A stretch of DNA of 64,000 bases from Planctomycetota bacterium (GCA_041482015.1 JBGPCZ010000005.1:4109-68108), one strand, 5' to 3'; counted from the stretch's first letter, positions 47,064 through 55,371 are shown. The notes: generated by a model not told the origin, from the letters alone. Made by a program: numbers and translations.

Positions 47064-47945
47064 TCAGCGCGCCAGCTCGATCCAGAGCGCCTTGTAATAC
47101 CGCATGAAGCGGATGGCCGCGTCGGGCTGCTTCGCGTTCGGCCCCTCGGGGACGCCCGCGACCTCCATGAACGTGACCCGGTCGTAGCCGACCGATTTGA
47201 ACGACGTGAAGAGCTCGCGGTAGGGGTAGCCGCTCCACAGCTCGTTGATGTGACACGAGCGCAGGTCCTTCTTGAGGAGGTCAAAGGACTCCTTGATCGA
47301 GCCGTCCTTCACGTCCGTCGCGTTCGAGTTCCAGCAGATCCCGACGCTCTTGTGGCCGCAGTGGTCCATGATCGTCCGCATGTGCTCGGGCTGCGCCGTC
47401 CCCGCACCGTGGACCTCGACCCAGATCTCGACCCCCGCGCCGTCCGCGGCCTTGCCGCATTCCTGGAGCGCCTTGCCGATCTGCTCCAGGGTCTTCGGCA
47501 CCTCCACCCCCTTGGGGAGACCGTTGGGCCGGACCTTCACGCCCTTTGCGCCGACGTCCTTCGCGAGATCGCAGAACGCCTTGCAGTCCTCGACCTGCTT
47601 GCGGACGGCCGCCGCGTCGGGCGACTGGAACTCGCACACCGTGCCGAAGCTCCAGAGCTTGACGCCGGCGTCCTCGAACTGCTTGCGGACCTCCTTGCGC
47701 CGGTCGGGCGGGAGATCGGGCTCGACCTTGTGGGCGTGGGTGGTGCGGAGCTCGACGTACTCGAACTTCGCCGCCTTGCACGCCTGGAGCAGCGTGGCGA
47801 CGTCCCACTTTTCGGCGATGTTGTACGTGATCGTGCCCAGCTTGAACTTCGGCTCCTCCACCCTGGGCGCGGCCGCGTGCGTCCGCCCGATGGCCGGCAG
47901 CGCCGCGAGCGAGCCCGCGGCCCCCAGGAATTGGCGTCGGTTCAT
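47064..47945 (-). CDS. Tat-exported sugar phosphate isomerase/epimerase (xylose-isomerase-like TIM barrel)
   Basis: MNRRQFLGAAGSLAALP Tat-type signal. FEYVELR...VEVHG pattern of the AP-endonuclease-2/xylose-isomerase-like fold. Confidence 0.8.
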   Translation of the reverse strand: MNRRQFLGAAGSLAALPAIGRTHAAAPRVEEPKFKLGTITYNIAEKWDVATLLQACKAAKFEYVELRTTHAHKVEPDLPPDRRKEVRKQFEDAGVKLWSFGTVCEFQSPDAAAVRKQVEDCKAFCDLAKDVGAKGVKVRPNGLPKGVEVPKTLEQIGKALQECGKAADGAGVEIWVEVHGAGTAQPEHMRTIMDHCGHKSVGICWNSNATDVKDGSIKESFDLLKKDLRSCHINELWSGYPYRELFTSFKSVGYDRVTFMEVAGVPEGPNAKQPDAAIRFMRYYKALWIELAR

Positions 47946-47976
47946 GTCGGTCCTCCCGTACCTTCTAAACACCGAA

Positions 47977-48043
47977 GGAGATACCGTGATGCTGGGAGAT
48001 GTCGATACCCAGTCACTCAATCTCCCACGATCACCAAATCTCC
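47977..48043. repeat. ~67-nt imperfect palindromic element A (GGAGAT / GTGAT / TGGGAGAT modules)
   Basis: Left arm GGAGATACCGTGATGCTGGGAGAT pairs with the right arm ATCTCCCACGATCACCAAATCTCC at 19 of 24 positions. The first 16 nt are the exact reverse complement of 50053-50068. Confidence 0.8.
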
Positions 48044-48050
48044 TGCCGCA

Positions 48051-48079
48051 TTGTCCGCGTCGCGGCGCCGTGTTAAGAT
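48051..48079 (+). promoter_or_regulatory. promoter candidate TTGTCC-17 nt-TAAGAT, 9 nt upstream of ATG 48089
   Basis: Read directly from the sequence. It lies immediately downstream of palindromic element A. Confidence 0.35.
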
Positions 48080-48088
48080 GGCGACCCT

Positions 48089-49477
48089 ATGGACCCCGTG
48101 CTGCAGGTCGCGCTCGACTTCAACGAGCTCTCCCGCGCGCTCGGCGTCGCGCGCGAGGCGGCGAAGGGCGGCGCGACGTGGATCGAGGCGGGCACGCCAC
48201 TCCTCAAAAGCGAGGGGCTTGAGGCCATCCGCGCCCTCCGGCGCGAGTTCCCCAGGGCGTATCTCATCGCCGACACGAAGACGCTCGACGCCGGCCGCAC
48301 CGAGTTCGAGGCCGCCGCCAAGGCCGGCGCCAACTGCGCCACCGTCTGCGTCACCGGGAGCGACTCGACGATCCTCGAGTGCGTCGAGGCGGGGAAGAAC
48401 TACGGGATCGACGTCTGCGTCGACCTGCTCGGCCTGAAGGGCGAGCGCCTCGTCGAGACCGCGAAGAAGTGCCAGGAGTGGGGCGTCCACCACGTCGGGC
48501 TCCACCTCCCGATCGACGACCAGATGCGCGGGCTCGACGTGACGGCCGAGCTCCGCTCGCTCCGGCCGCACGTCACGCTGCCGATCGCGGTCGCCGGCGG
48601 CGTCAACAGCGAGACCGCCGCGGGGATGCTCAAGGCGGGCGCGGACATCGTCATCGTAGGCGGCGCGATCACGAAGAGCGCCGACGCCGAGAAGGCGACG
48701 CGGACGATTCTCGAGGCGATGAAGAAGGGCGTCGCGGTCGCAACCGACCTCTACAAGCGTGGCGGGAGCGACGAGGAGGTCCGCAAGATTCTCGAGCAGG
48801 TCTCGACCCCGAACATTTCCGACGCGATGCACCGGTCGGGCGACCTGCCGGGAATCGTGCTCCAGACGCCCGGGAAGAAGATCGTCGGCCCCGCGGTGAC
48901 GGTCCGCACCTATCCGGGCGACTGGGCCAAGCCGGTCGAGGCGATCGACGTCGCGAAGCCCGGCGACGTGATCGTCGTGGACGCGCTCGGCGTGGGTCCC
49001 GCGATTTGGGGCGAGCTGGCGAGCGAGTCGTGCATGCAGCGAAAGCTCGCGGGGATTGTCATCGAGGGCGCGATCCGGGACATCGACACGATCCGCGCGA
49101 TCGGCTTCCCGGCCGCGGCCCGTCTCGTGACGCCGACGGCGGGCGAGCCCAAGGGGTTCGGCGAGATCAACGTGGCCATCCGGATCGGCGGCGTCGCGAT
49201 CGCGCCGGGCGACTGGATCGTGGGCGACGAATCGGGGGTCGTGCGGATCCCGAAGGCGAAGGTCGTCGAGGTGGCCAACCGGGCGATGGACGTCCTCGAG
49301 CACGAGAACCGCCTGCGCGAGGAGATCCGCCGGAAGGCGACGCTGGGGAGCGTGGCCGAGCTGCACCGCTGGGAGAAGCACATCGTCGACGGGCTGGACC
49401 GGGGAAACGGGGGCTCCGGGGCGCCGACTCAAAAGGTTGATGAGAAGGGCGATGAAAAGGGCGCGAAGAGGCGTTAG
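48089..49477 (+). CDS. fusion of hexulose-6-phosphate-synthase-like domain and RraA-like (dimethylmenaquinone methyltransferase/aldolase family) domain
   Basis: N-terminal VLQVALDF...WIEAGTPLL...ADTKTLD (HPS-like). C-terminal ISDAMHRSG...GELASESCMQRKLAGIVIEGAIRD (RraA-like). Confidence 0.8.
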   Translation: MDPVLQVALDFNELSRALGVAREAAKGGATWIEAGTPLLKSEGLEAIRALRREFPRAYLIADTKTLDAGRTEFEAAAKAGANCATVCVTGSDSTILECVEAGKNYGIDVCVDLLGLKGERLVETAKKCQEWGVHHVGLHLPIDDQMRGLDVTAELRSLRPHVTLPIAVAGGVNSETAAGMLKAGADIVIVGGAITKSADAEKATRTILEAMKKGVAVATDLYKRGGSDEEVRKILEQVSTPNISDAMHRSGDLPGIVLQTPGKKIVGPAVTVRTYPGDWAKPVEAIDVAKPGDVIVVDALGVGPAIWGELASESCMQRKLAGIVIEGAIRDIDTIRAIGFPAAARLVTPTAGEPKGFGEINVAIRIGGVAIAPGDWIVGDESGVVRIPKAKVVEVANRAMDVLEHENRLREEIRRKATLGSVAELHRWEKHIVDGLDRGNGGSGAPTQKVDEKGDEKGAKRR

Positions 49478-49480
49478 AAT
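49452..49480 (+). promoter_or_regulatory. promoter candidate ATGAAA-17 nt-TAGAAT, 9 nt upstream of the mcsA ATG
   Basis: The -10-like TAGAAT overlaps the TAG stop of the upstream gene. No SD is present. Confidence 0.3.
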
Positions 49481-49489
49481 AGGGATCAG

Positions 49490-49990
49490 ATGAACTGCGA
49501 GAAGTGCAAGAAAAGCCACGCCACCTACCACCTGACCGCCAACGAGAACGGGCAGATGCGCGAGGCTCACTTGTGCGAGGAGTGCGCGAAGCAGTCGGGC
49601 GTGATCCAGAAATTCAACTTCTCCATCGGCGAGATCCTGGGCAACCTCCTGGACGTGAAGCCGCCGTCGGCGGCGGCCTCGAAGGCGGCGCAGGTCCGCT
49701 GTCCCGAGTGCGGAATCACCTACGCCGAGTTCAAGAGCAAGGCGCGCCTGGGCTGCGCCAACGATTATGAGGTGTTCCGGACGGAGCTCATCCGGCTGCT
49801 GGAGAGGATCCACGGGTCGACGACCCACGCCGGGAAGACGCCCCAGACCGCGGACACCCAGATCCGCAAGGAGAACGAGCTGATCCGGCTCAAGCGCGAC
49901 CTCGAGTCCGTGGTCAAGAGCGAGGACTTCGAGAAGGCCGCGCAGATCCGCGACCGCATCCGGACCCTCGAGCACGAGCTCAGCACATAG
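49490..49990 (+). CDS. mcsA: protein arginine kinase activator McsA (zinc-ribbon pairs + UVR motif)
   Basis: CEKCKK...CEEC, CPECG...GC, and C-terminal UVR motif EDFEKAAQIRDRIRTLE. Confidence 0.8.
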   Translation: MNCEKCKKSHATYHLTANENGQMREAHLCEECAKQSGVIQKFNFSIGEILGNLLDVKPPSAAASKAAQVRCPECGITYAEFKSKARLGCANDYEVFRTELIRLLERIHGSTTHAGKTPQTADTQIRKENELIRLKRDLESVVKSEDFEKAAQIRDRIRTLEHELST

Positions 49991-49997
49991 GGGATAT

Positions 49998-50068
49998 GGA
50001 GATCATGGGAGATCGGGTGATGGACATGATCATCCCGTCTCTCCATCTCCTCGCATCACGGTATCTCC
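49998..50068. repeat. ~71-nt imperfect palindromic element B, inverted relative of element A, ending 1 nt before the mcsB ATG
   Basis: GGAGATCATGGGAGATCGGGTGATGG...CCCGTCTCTCCATCTCC TC GCATCACGGTATCTCC shares the TGGGAGAT-nGnGTGA and CATCTCC-nn-GCATCACGGTATCTCC blocks with the reverse complement of element A. Confidence 0.8.
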
Positions 50069-50069
50069 G

Positions 50070-51122
50070 ATGAAGGTTGAGGATCTGCTCGGCCAGCCCG
50101 GAGAGTGGCTCAAGGGGACGGGGAACGACAGCGACGTCGTCATCTCGAGCCGCGTCCGGCTCGCCCGGAACCTGCACCGCTTCCCGTTCCTCACCGTGGC
50201 CTCGCCCCAGGTGCGCTCGGAGATCGAGAAGTTCATCCGCCCCCGCCTCGAGGACGAGCGGCTCCCCCGGACGCTTACGTACTGGTCGCTCCGCGAGATC
50301 ACGGCTCTCGAGCGGACGCTCCTCGTCGAGCGGCACCTGATCAGCAAGGAGCACGCGCAGGCGGAGGGGGACCGCGGCGCCGCGGTCGGGGGCGACGAGG
50401 CGATCTCGATCATGGTGAACGAGGAGGACCACCTGCGGCTGCAGGTGATCCGCTCGGGCCTCCAGCTGGACGAGGCGTTCGAGGAGATCGACCGGATGGA
50501 CACGGCCCTCGAGGGCCAGCTCAACTTCGCGTTCCATCCCCGGTTCTGGTACCTGACGGCCTGTCCCACGAACGTGGGGACGGGGCTGCGCATCTCGGTC
50601 ATGATGCACCTGCCCGCGGCCGTGCTCTCCAAGCAGATGGACAAGGTGCTCCAGTCGCTCCAGCGCCTGAACTACACGGTGCGCGGCTTCTACGGCGAGG
50701 GGACCTCGCCCGTGGGCGACTTCTACCAGGTCTCCAACCAGGTGACGCTGGGGAAGTCCGAGCGGGACATCATCGCCGAGATGAAGAAGGTCGTGCCGGA
50801 GATCCTGAAGTTCGAGCGCTCCTGGCGGGTCAAGCTGCTCGAGGACGAGCCGCGCAAGCTCGAGGATCGCGTCTGGCGGGCCTACGGGGTCCTCAAGCAT
50901 GCCCGGCGGATCACGTCCGAGGAGACGACCGAGCTCCTCTCCGCCCTCCGCCTCGGCGTGAACATGAACATCCTGACCGCCATCCCCTCCAAGGCCATCA
51001 ACGAGCTTTTCATCTTCACCCAGCCCGGCCATCTCCAGAAGATCGAGCGCAAGACCCTCGATCCGGACGAACGCGACGTCGTCCGCGCGGACTTCATCCG
51101 CCGCAAGCTCGAAGGCCTGTAA
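50070..51122 (+). CDS. mcsB: protein arginine kinase McsB (ATP:guanido phosphotransferase)
   Basis: SSRVRLARNL, NEEDHLR and CPTNVGTGLR guanidino-kinase motifs. Confidence 0.9.
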   Translation: MKVEDLLGQPGEWLKGTGNDSDVVISSRVRLARNLHRFPFLTVASPQVRSEIEKFIRPRLEDERLPRTLTYWSLREITALERTLLVERHLISKEHAQAEGDRGAAVGGDEAISIMVNEEDHLRLQVIRSGLQLDEAFEEIDRMDTALEGQLNFAFHPRFWYLTACPTNVGTGLRISVMMHLPAAVLSKQMDKVLQSLQRLNYTVRGFYGEGTSPVGDFYQVSNQVTLGKSERDIIAEMKKVVPEILKFERSWRVKLLEDEPRKLEDRVWRAYGVLKHARRITSEETTELLSALRLGVNMNILTAIPSKAINELFIFTQPGHLQKIERKTLDPDERDVVRADFIRRKLEGL

Positions 51123-51134
51123 CGAAAACGTCCG

Positions 51135-51187
51135 GCGTCTTCGTCAACACCGAGTGTTGACGAAGACGCGCGGCATCTTCGTCAACA
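51135..51187 (+). repeat. three-arm repeat: 15-bp hairpin plus a third direct copy of the left arm
   Basis: GCGTCTTCGTCAACA (51135-51149) and TGTTGACGAAGACGC (51155-51169) are perfect complements. CATCTTCGTCAACA (51174-51187) repeats the left arm with 1 mismatch. Confidence 0.8.
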
Positions 51188-51212
51188 GCCTCCCCCCGTG
51201 CCACGAAACGGA

Positions 51213-51246
51213 AAAACTCGACACGAAAAATTACCTGTCGAGTTTT
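51213..51246 (+). terminator. intrinsic terminator candidate downstream of mcsB
   Basis: AAAACTCGACA-(12-nt loop)-TGTCGAGTTTT forms an 11-bp stem ending in a T-run. Confidence 0.55.
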
Positions 51247-51283
51247 CCGGCCCCTCCCGCACTTCTAGGGTGGAGGAGGAATC

Positions 51284-54200
51284 ATGGCGAAGACGACGCG
51301 GAAGTCAAAGGGGATCGCGCTGATCGTGGTCCTCGGGGTGCTGGCGCTCCTGGCGCTCCTGGCCGTCTCATTCTCGACGCTGGCGGCGACCGGACGGGTC
51401 ACCGCCCGGAACCATCTCGACACCGTCCGCGCCCGGCTCGTCGCCCAGTCGGGCATCGAGGCCGGGATCGCGCGCCTCCAGGAGCTCCTCGAGCGCGGCG
51501 TCCTGATGAACGAGACGGACTGGGCGCCGGCGACGGCGCCGGTCCGCGTGAACGGTACGGAAGTCCGCCCCGCCGGCGTCCTGGATTCGGCCTCCTACGC
51601 CCGGCGGGGCGACTTCTACACGCTCCGCATCACCGACTCGAACGCGCAGGTCAACGTGAACGACGGACTCGCCTGGGGGCCCGCCCACGCCGTCAGCCAG
51701 AACCTCCGCCGGATCCTCAACGTGCTCGGCGCCCAGCCGGCCGTCGTGGTCCCCGCCCTCGGCGATCGCGTCCTCGCGGCCCGCCCCGCGTCCGGCTACG
51801 CGAACACGGCCGACCTCCTCCGCGCCCTCGACTTCGACCGCGACGCGTTCGAGCGGGTGAGGGAGCTCGTCACGGTCCGGTCGTGGTCCGACCCGAACGT
51901 CTGTCTTCCGGTGCCGCTCTCCCCCGAGACGGCGCGCACGTCCCCCATCGCCTGGGGCCGCCCCTCCGGCGCCGTCGGGCCGGTCTTCCGCTACGGCCAC
52001 CAGCGGAACGCCGACGGCGAGCTCATCCGCGCGCCGCTCCTCTTCTTCGATCCCATGAACCCGGATCCGTTTCATCACGCGGTCTGGGGCCGCGACTCGC
52101 TCAACCCGCAGTGGATCGAGATCGTCTCCCGCTCGCCCGTCAACGTCAACACGGCGAGGCGCGAGGTGCTCGTGGCGCTCCTCGTCGACCTCGAGGGGTT
52201 CTTCCTCGTCGAGCGGCGCCGCGGCCTCTCCGACCGGCCCGACGGCGTGCCCTCGCCCTGCCGGAGTCCCGGCGGCGCGTACGGGTGGACCTCGCTCCGC
52301 TACTCGTACGACGGCACCGGTGCCGACGGCGGAGAGTGCGGGTTCCTTTACCGGACGCTTCCGATCGTCGGTCCCGGCGGACGGAGCCGCGACGGCGTCC
52401 CCGCGGAGGCGATCGCCGACGAGATCCTCGCCTGCCGCTCGCGGCGTCCGTCGCCGCGGGTCACCGGCCTCGACTACGCGGCCGTCCCCTTCGGCGGCCC
52501 GTTCCGCACGTGGGCCCAGTTCCACCTCTTCGTCGACCGCCTCGTCGAGTCGGGCGTGATCGCGGAGACGCGGACGGATCATTTCTGGGACGTGGACGCC
52601 TCGGGCTCGCGCGTCGCCTCGCCCGTCCAGCTCCGCATCGCGTCGCAGGCGATCGGCGACGTCCTCAAGGCCAACTTCAACCCCAACCTCCACCTCAACG
52701 AGATCAACCCCGACCGGTTGCTCTTCACCCACGTCGACAAGACGGACCTGCTCGTCCACTCGACCGAGTTCAGCTTCACCCCGATGGGGGCGTTCGAGAT
52801 CGAGTCGGTGGGCCGGATCGTGCGCCCGACAGACGGAGGCGACGACGCCGCGGCGGCGCGTGACAACGAAGCCGTGGCCCAGAGGACCATCGTCGCGCAG
52901 GTCCGTCTTTTCGACGCGGTGCGGGAGACGTCCCAGGCGCAGTTCTACGGCGGGACGTCCACCCCGATGAAGGGGGCCCTGCACACGAACAACGGCGGAG
53001 GCGTGGAGAGCGGCCCCGAGCCGGACAACGGCCCGGCTCCCTCGGAGAACCGCTACGAAGGCTACCTGCGCCTGCCGACGATCGGCTCCAACTTCTCCCG
53101 GGGCGGGCGCAAGCCGGCGGGCGAGCTGTGGACCACGCTCACCGAGCCCTCGTGGTATCCCGGCGCGAAGACGATGCCGGCGGGCGGGGAGCACCTCGGC
53201 TCGGCGATCCACGCGCACTTCCAGTTCGACCACGTTGCGCACCACCACGCGTCCCGCAACTACGGGGGGACGCCGCCGAACTGGGACGGCTTCCGGCTCC
53301 CGCAGGGCCCGTGGCAGACCGTCACCGCGCGGCGCGCCTGCCTCAACCGGAACTGGGAGGACCGGACCGAGACGCTGCCGGGCCCTTATGGGCCCGTCGA
53401 TGTCGCGCGATCGGGCGGGCGGCCGGACTTCCGGATCGCGCGCTCGTTCAGCGGCGCCCCGCCGGACGCGGCCGAGGTCGCGCCCTCCGACCTGCGCGTC
53501 GACGGCGCGTACGCCGAGCGCGGGTCGGCGTTCGGCTACTGGATCGACGAGAACGTGAGCTTCAATTTCAACGAGGGGACGGCCGCGTTCTGGATCAAGC
53601 CCGCCTTCTTCCCGGAGTCGACGGGAAAGCGGCGGACGCTGCTGTCGACAAGCCGCGTCCACGCCGCCGCGCGCGACTCGCTCAACCCGTCGCCCTTCGC
53701 GCTCTTCTTCGTCCCGTCCCACGGCCCGGGCGACGGGGGCGCGCCGTCGTACTTCGGCGGATCGGGCCGCTTCAATCCCGCGTCGCTCGCCTTTGGATTC
53801 GGCTTCTCCTCGAAGACGGGCTACAGCTGGGAGATGGACGGGGAGCCCGCCGCCTCCCACGCCGCCGTCTTCACGCCGACGCTGAACCACGAGGGGCACG
53901 ACGACGGCCGCCCCAGCCTGTTCCGCGCCCACGAGTGGACGCACGTCGCCGTTTCGTGGCGCCTTCCGCGGCACGCGCTCCCCACGGCGGACAGCCTCCG
54001 CATCCTCGTCAACGGGAAGATTGTCCCCGGGACGGTCGGCGTGCCCCACCTGTACCAGGCGGAGGGGCAGCCCTTCTCCGACACGCCCCACTGGACGACG
54101 CACTCGCAACAGGCGGTCGTGCCGGGCTCCGCGGGCGCGAAGTGGTGTCGGAACTCGATCCGCCTGGGCGGCGAGCCCTCGATCCTATTTGACGGCGCGA

Positions 54201-54829
54201 GGTTCCCCGGGAACTTCACGGCCGACGCGACGTTCGACGAATTCTACCTCTGGCTCGACCGGTCGCCCGCGTGGAACGGCGGGGCCCGGGGGGCGGAGAC
54301 CCTTTGGAATGGCGGCCGCTACTATGCGCCCGACGATCACGACCCCAACGACGCGCGGTTCACGTCGCGGCCGATCGACCTGGCCCCGCCGCGCCGCCGC
54401 ACGCTGCCGCCGCCCGGAAGATCGGAGGCGGCGCGGCGCGCGCCCCGGCTCCTGGGCCTCGCCTGGACCGAGTGGGCGGAGGATTACGCGCGCGAGGGTG
54501 CGGGCGCGATGGCGCCCCGGATGCTCGACCATTCCGTGACGCCGCCCCGCGAGCTCCGCCCCGACGCGGGGACCTTCGCGGATTTCTACGTCGAGGTGGA
54601 CGGCGCGTGGTACGGGCCGCTCCGCGACGACGGGTGGAGCGCGGTGAAGGACCCCACGGGGCGTCCGCCCGCCTGCATCGATCCCTCGACCGTGCGATAC
54701 GCCGCGAAACTCAAAAGGGGCGGTCCCGCGGCCCTGGGCGCGATCCTCCTCGCCTCGCCGGCGCTCGACGACGTCACGATCTACTTCGATCGGGGCGGCC
54801 CGGAGATCACGGGCTGGGTGAGCCCGTGA
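51284..54829 (+). CDS. GspK-like (T2SS minor pseudopilin K-like) N-terminal domain fused to a large extension containing a LamG-like domain, 1181 aa
   Basis: GGAGGAGG SD. KGIALIVVLGVLALLALLAVSF hydrophobic N-terminus. HhH-like LGDRVLAARPASGYANTADLL and VNVNTARREVLVALL. Later FWIKPAFF...WTHVAVSW...ILVNGKI (LamG-like). Confidence 0.7.
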   Translation: MAKTTRKSKGIALIVVLGVLALLALLAVSFSTLAATGRVTARNHLDTVRARLVAQSGIEAGIARLQELLERGVLMNETDWAPATAPVRVNGTEVRPAGVLDSASYARRGDFYTLRITDSNAQVNVNDGLAWGPAHAVSQNLRRILNVLGAQPAVVVPALGDRVLAARPASGYANTADLLRALDFDRDAFERVRELVTVRSWSDPNVCLPVPLSPETARTSPIAWGRPSGAVGPVFRYGHQRNADGELIRAPLLFFDPMNPDPFHHAVWGRDSLNPQWIEIVSRSPVNVNTARREVLVALLVDLEGFFLVERRRGLSDRPDGVPSPCRSPGGAYGWTSLRYSYDGTGADGGECGFLYRTLPIVGPGGRSRDGVPAEAIADEILACRSRRPSPRVTGLDYAAVPFGGPFRTWAQFHLFVDRLVESGVIAETRTDHFWDVDASGSRVASPVQLRIASQAIGDVLKANFNPNLHLNEINPDRLLFTHVDKTDLLVHSTEFSFTPMGAFEIESVGRIVRPTDGGDDAAAARDNEAVAQRTIVAQVRLFDAVRETSQAQFYGGTSTPMKGALHTNNGGGVESGPEPDNGPAPSENRYEGYLRLPTIGSNFSRGGRKPAGELWTTLTEPSWYPGAKTMPAGGEHLGSAIHAHFQFDHVAHHHASRNYGGTPPNWDGFRLPQGPWQTVTARRACLNRNWEDRTETLPGPYGPVDVARSGGRPDFRIARSFSGAPPDAAEVAPSDLRVDGAYAERGSAFGYWIDENVSFNFNEGTAAFWIKPAFFPESTGKRRTLLSTSRVHAAARDSLNPSPFALFFVPSHGPGDGGAPSYFGGSGRFNPASLAFGFGFSSKTGYSWEMDGEPAASHAAVFTPTLNHEGHDDGRPSLFRAHEWTHVAVSWRLPRHALPTADSLRILVNGKIVPGTVGVPHLYQAEGQPFSDTPHWTTHSQQAVVPGSAGAKWCRNSIRLGGEPSILFDGARFPGNFTADATFDEFYLWLDRSPAWNGGARGAETLWNGGRYYAPDDHDPNDARFTSRPIDLAPPRRRTLPPPGRSEAARRAPRLLGLAWTEWAEDYAREGAGAMAPRMLDHSVTPPRELRPDAGTFADFYVEVDGAWYGPLRDDGWSAVKDPTGRPPACIDPSTVRYAAKLKRGGPAALGAILLASPALDDVTIYFDRGGPEITGWVSP

Positions 54830-55371
54830 CGGCGCTTCTCCTCCTGGTGCTCGCGCAAGCCGAGCCGGACCGTCGTCCCTTCCGGGCCGTGGTGCGGATC
54901 GAGGAGTCCGCGCGCGGAAGCGACGCCGTGGATCGCGCCTCGGGCACGCTGGTCGTGAATCCGGGCGGCGCCCTCGCGGTGGCCGTCGACGGCCGCCGCC
55001 CGCCCCCGGGCCATCCCCTCGAGCTCTGGGCCCTGGAACCGTCGGAGTGGTGCGCGCGGTACGACGTCTCTCGCGAAGCGGCGTCCGCCGAACGGGCGCT
55101 TCCCGGGGGCGTGGTGGATTCCGAGGGGCGCGAACTTTCGCCAATCAGAGTCGGTCGCTCTCGGGTGTCGATGGCGGTCGCGACGACGGTGGAAGAGCCG
55201 ACGGACGAGCGCTTCCGGCTCGTGCCTCGCGAGCCGGGACCCTACCGCGCGCTCATCGCCTGGGTGGAGAAGGAGTCCGGCCGCCTCGTACGCGTGGAGG
55301 CGGAAGGGGCGCGCCACATGATCTGCGCGCTGGAGTCGATCCGCGTCCTTGATTCGCCGGGGGATCGATGA
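54826..55371 (+). CDS. hypothetical secreted protein, translationally coupled (GTGA)
   Basis: The GTG at 54826 overlaps the upstream TGA. Hydrophobic N-terminus TALLLLVLAQA and GC3-rich codons. Family unknown; a LolA-like beta pattern is only a guess. Confidence 0.5.
   Translation: MTALLLLVLAQAEPDRRPFRAVVRIEESARGSDAVDRASGTLVVNPGGALAVAVDGRRPPPGHPLELWALEPSEWCARYDVSREAASAERALPGGVVDSEGRELSPIRVGRSRVSMAVATTVEEPTDERFRLVPREPGPYRALIAWVEKESGRLVRVEAEGARHMICALESIRVLDSPGDR

Noticed and set aside
47989-48222. Possible small gene started by the SD-like AAGGAG-N5-GTGATG inside palindromic element A.
   Set aside because: The downstream frame is Arg/Pro/Gly-rich shadow sequence that runs through the HPS-RraA start. 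The SD-like string is part of the repeat module and also occurs, inverted, in element B.
51135-51187. Resemblance of the TTCGTCAACA arms to CtsR boxes (GGTCAAA repeats) or to a CIRCE-type inverted repeat.
   Set aside because: The sequences do not actually match either consensus. No ctsR or hrcA gene is in the window, and the element lies downstream of mcsB, not upstream. It is recorded only as a structural repeat.
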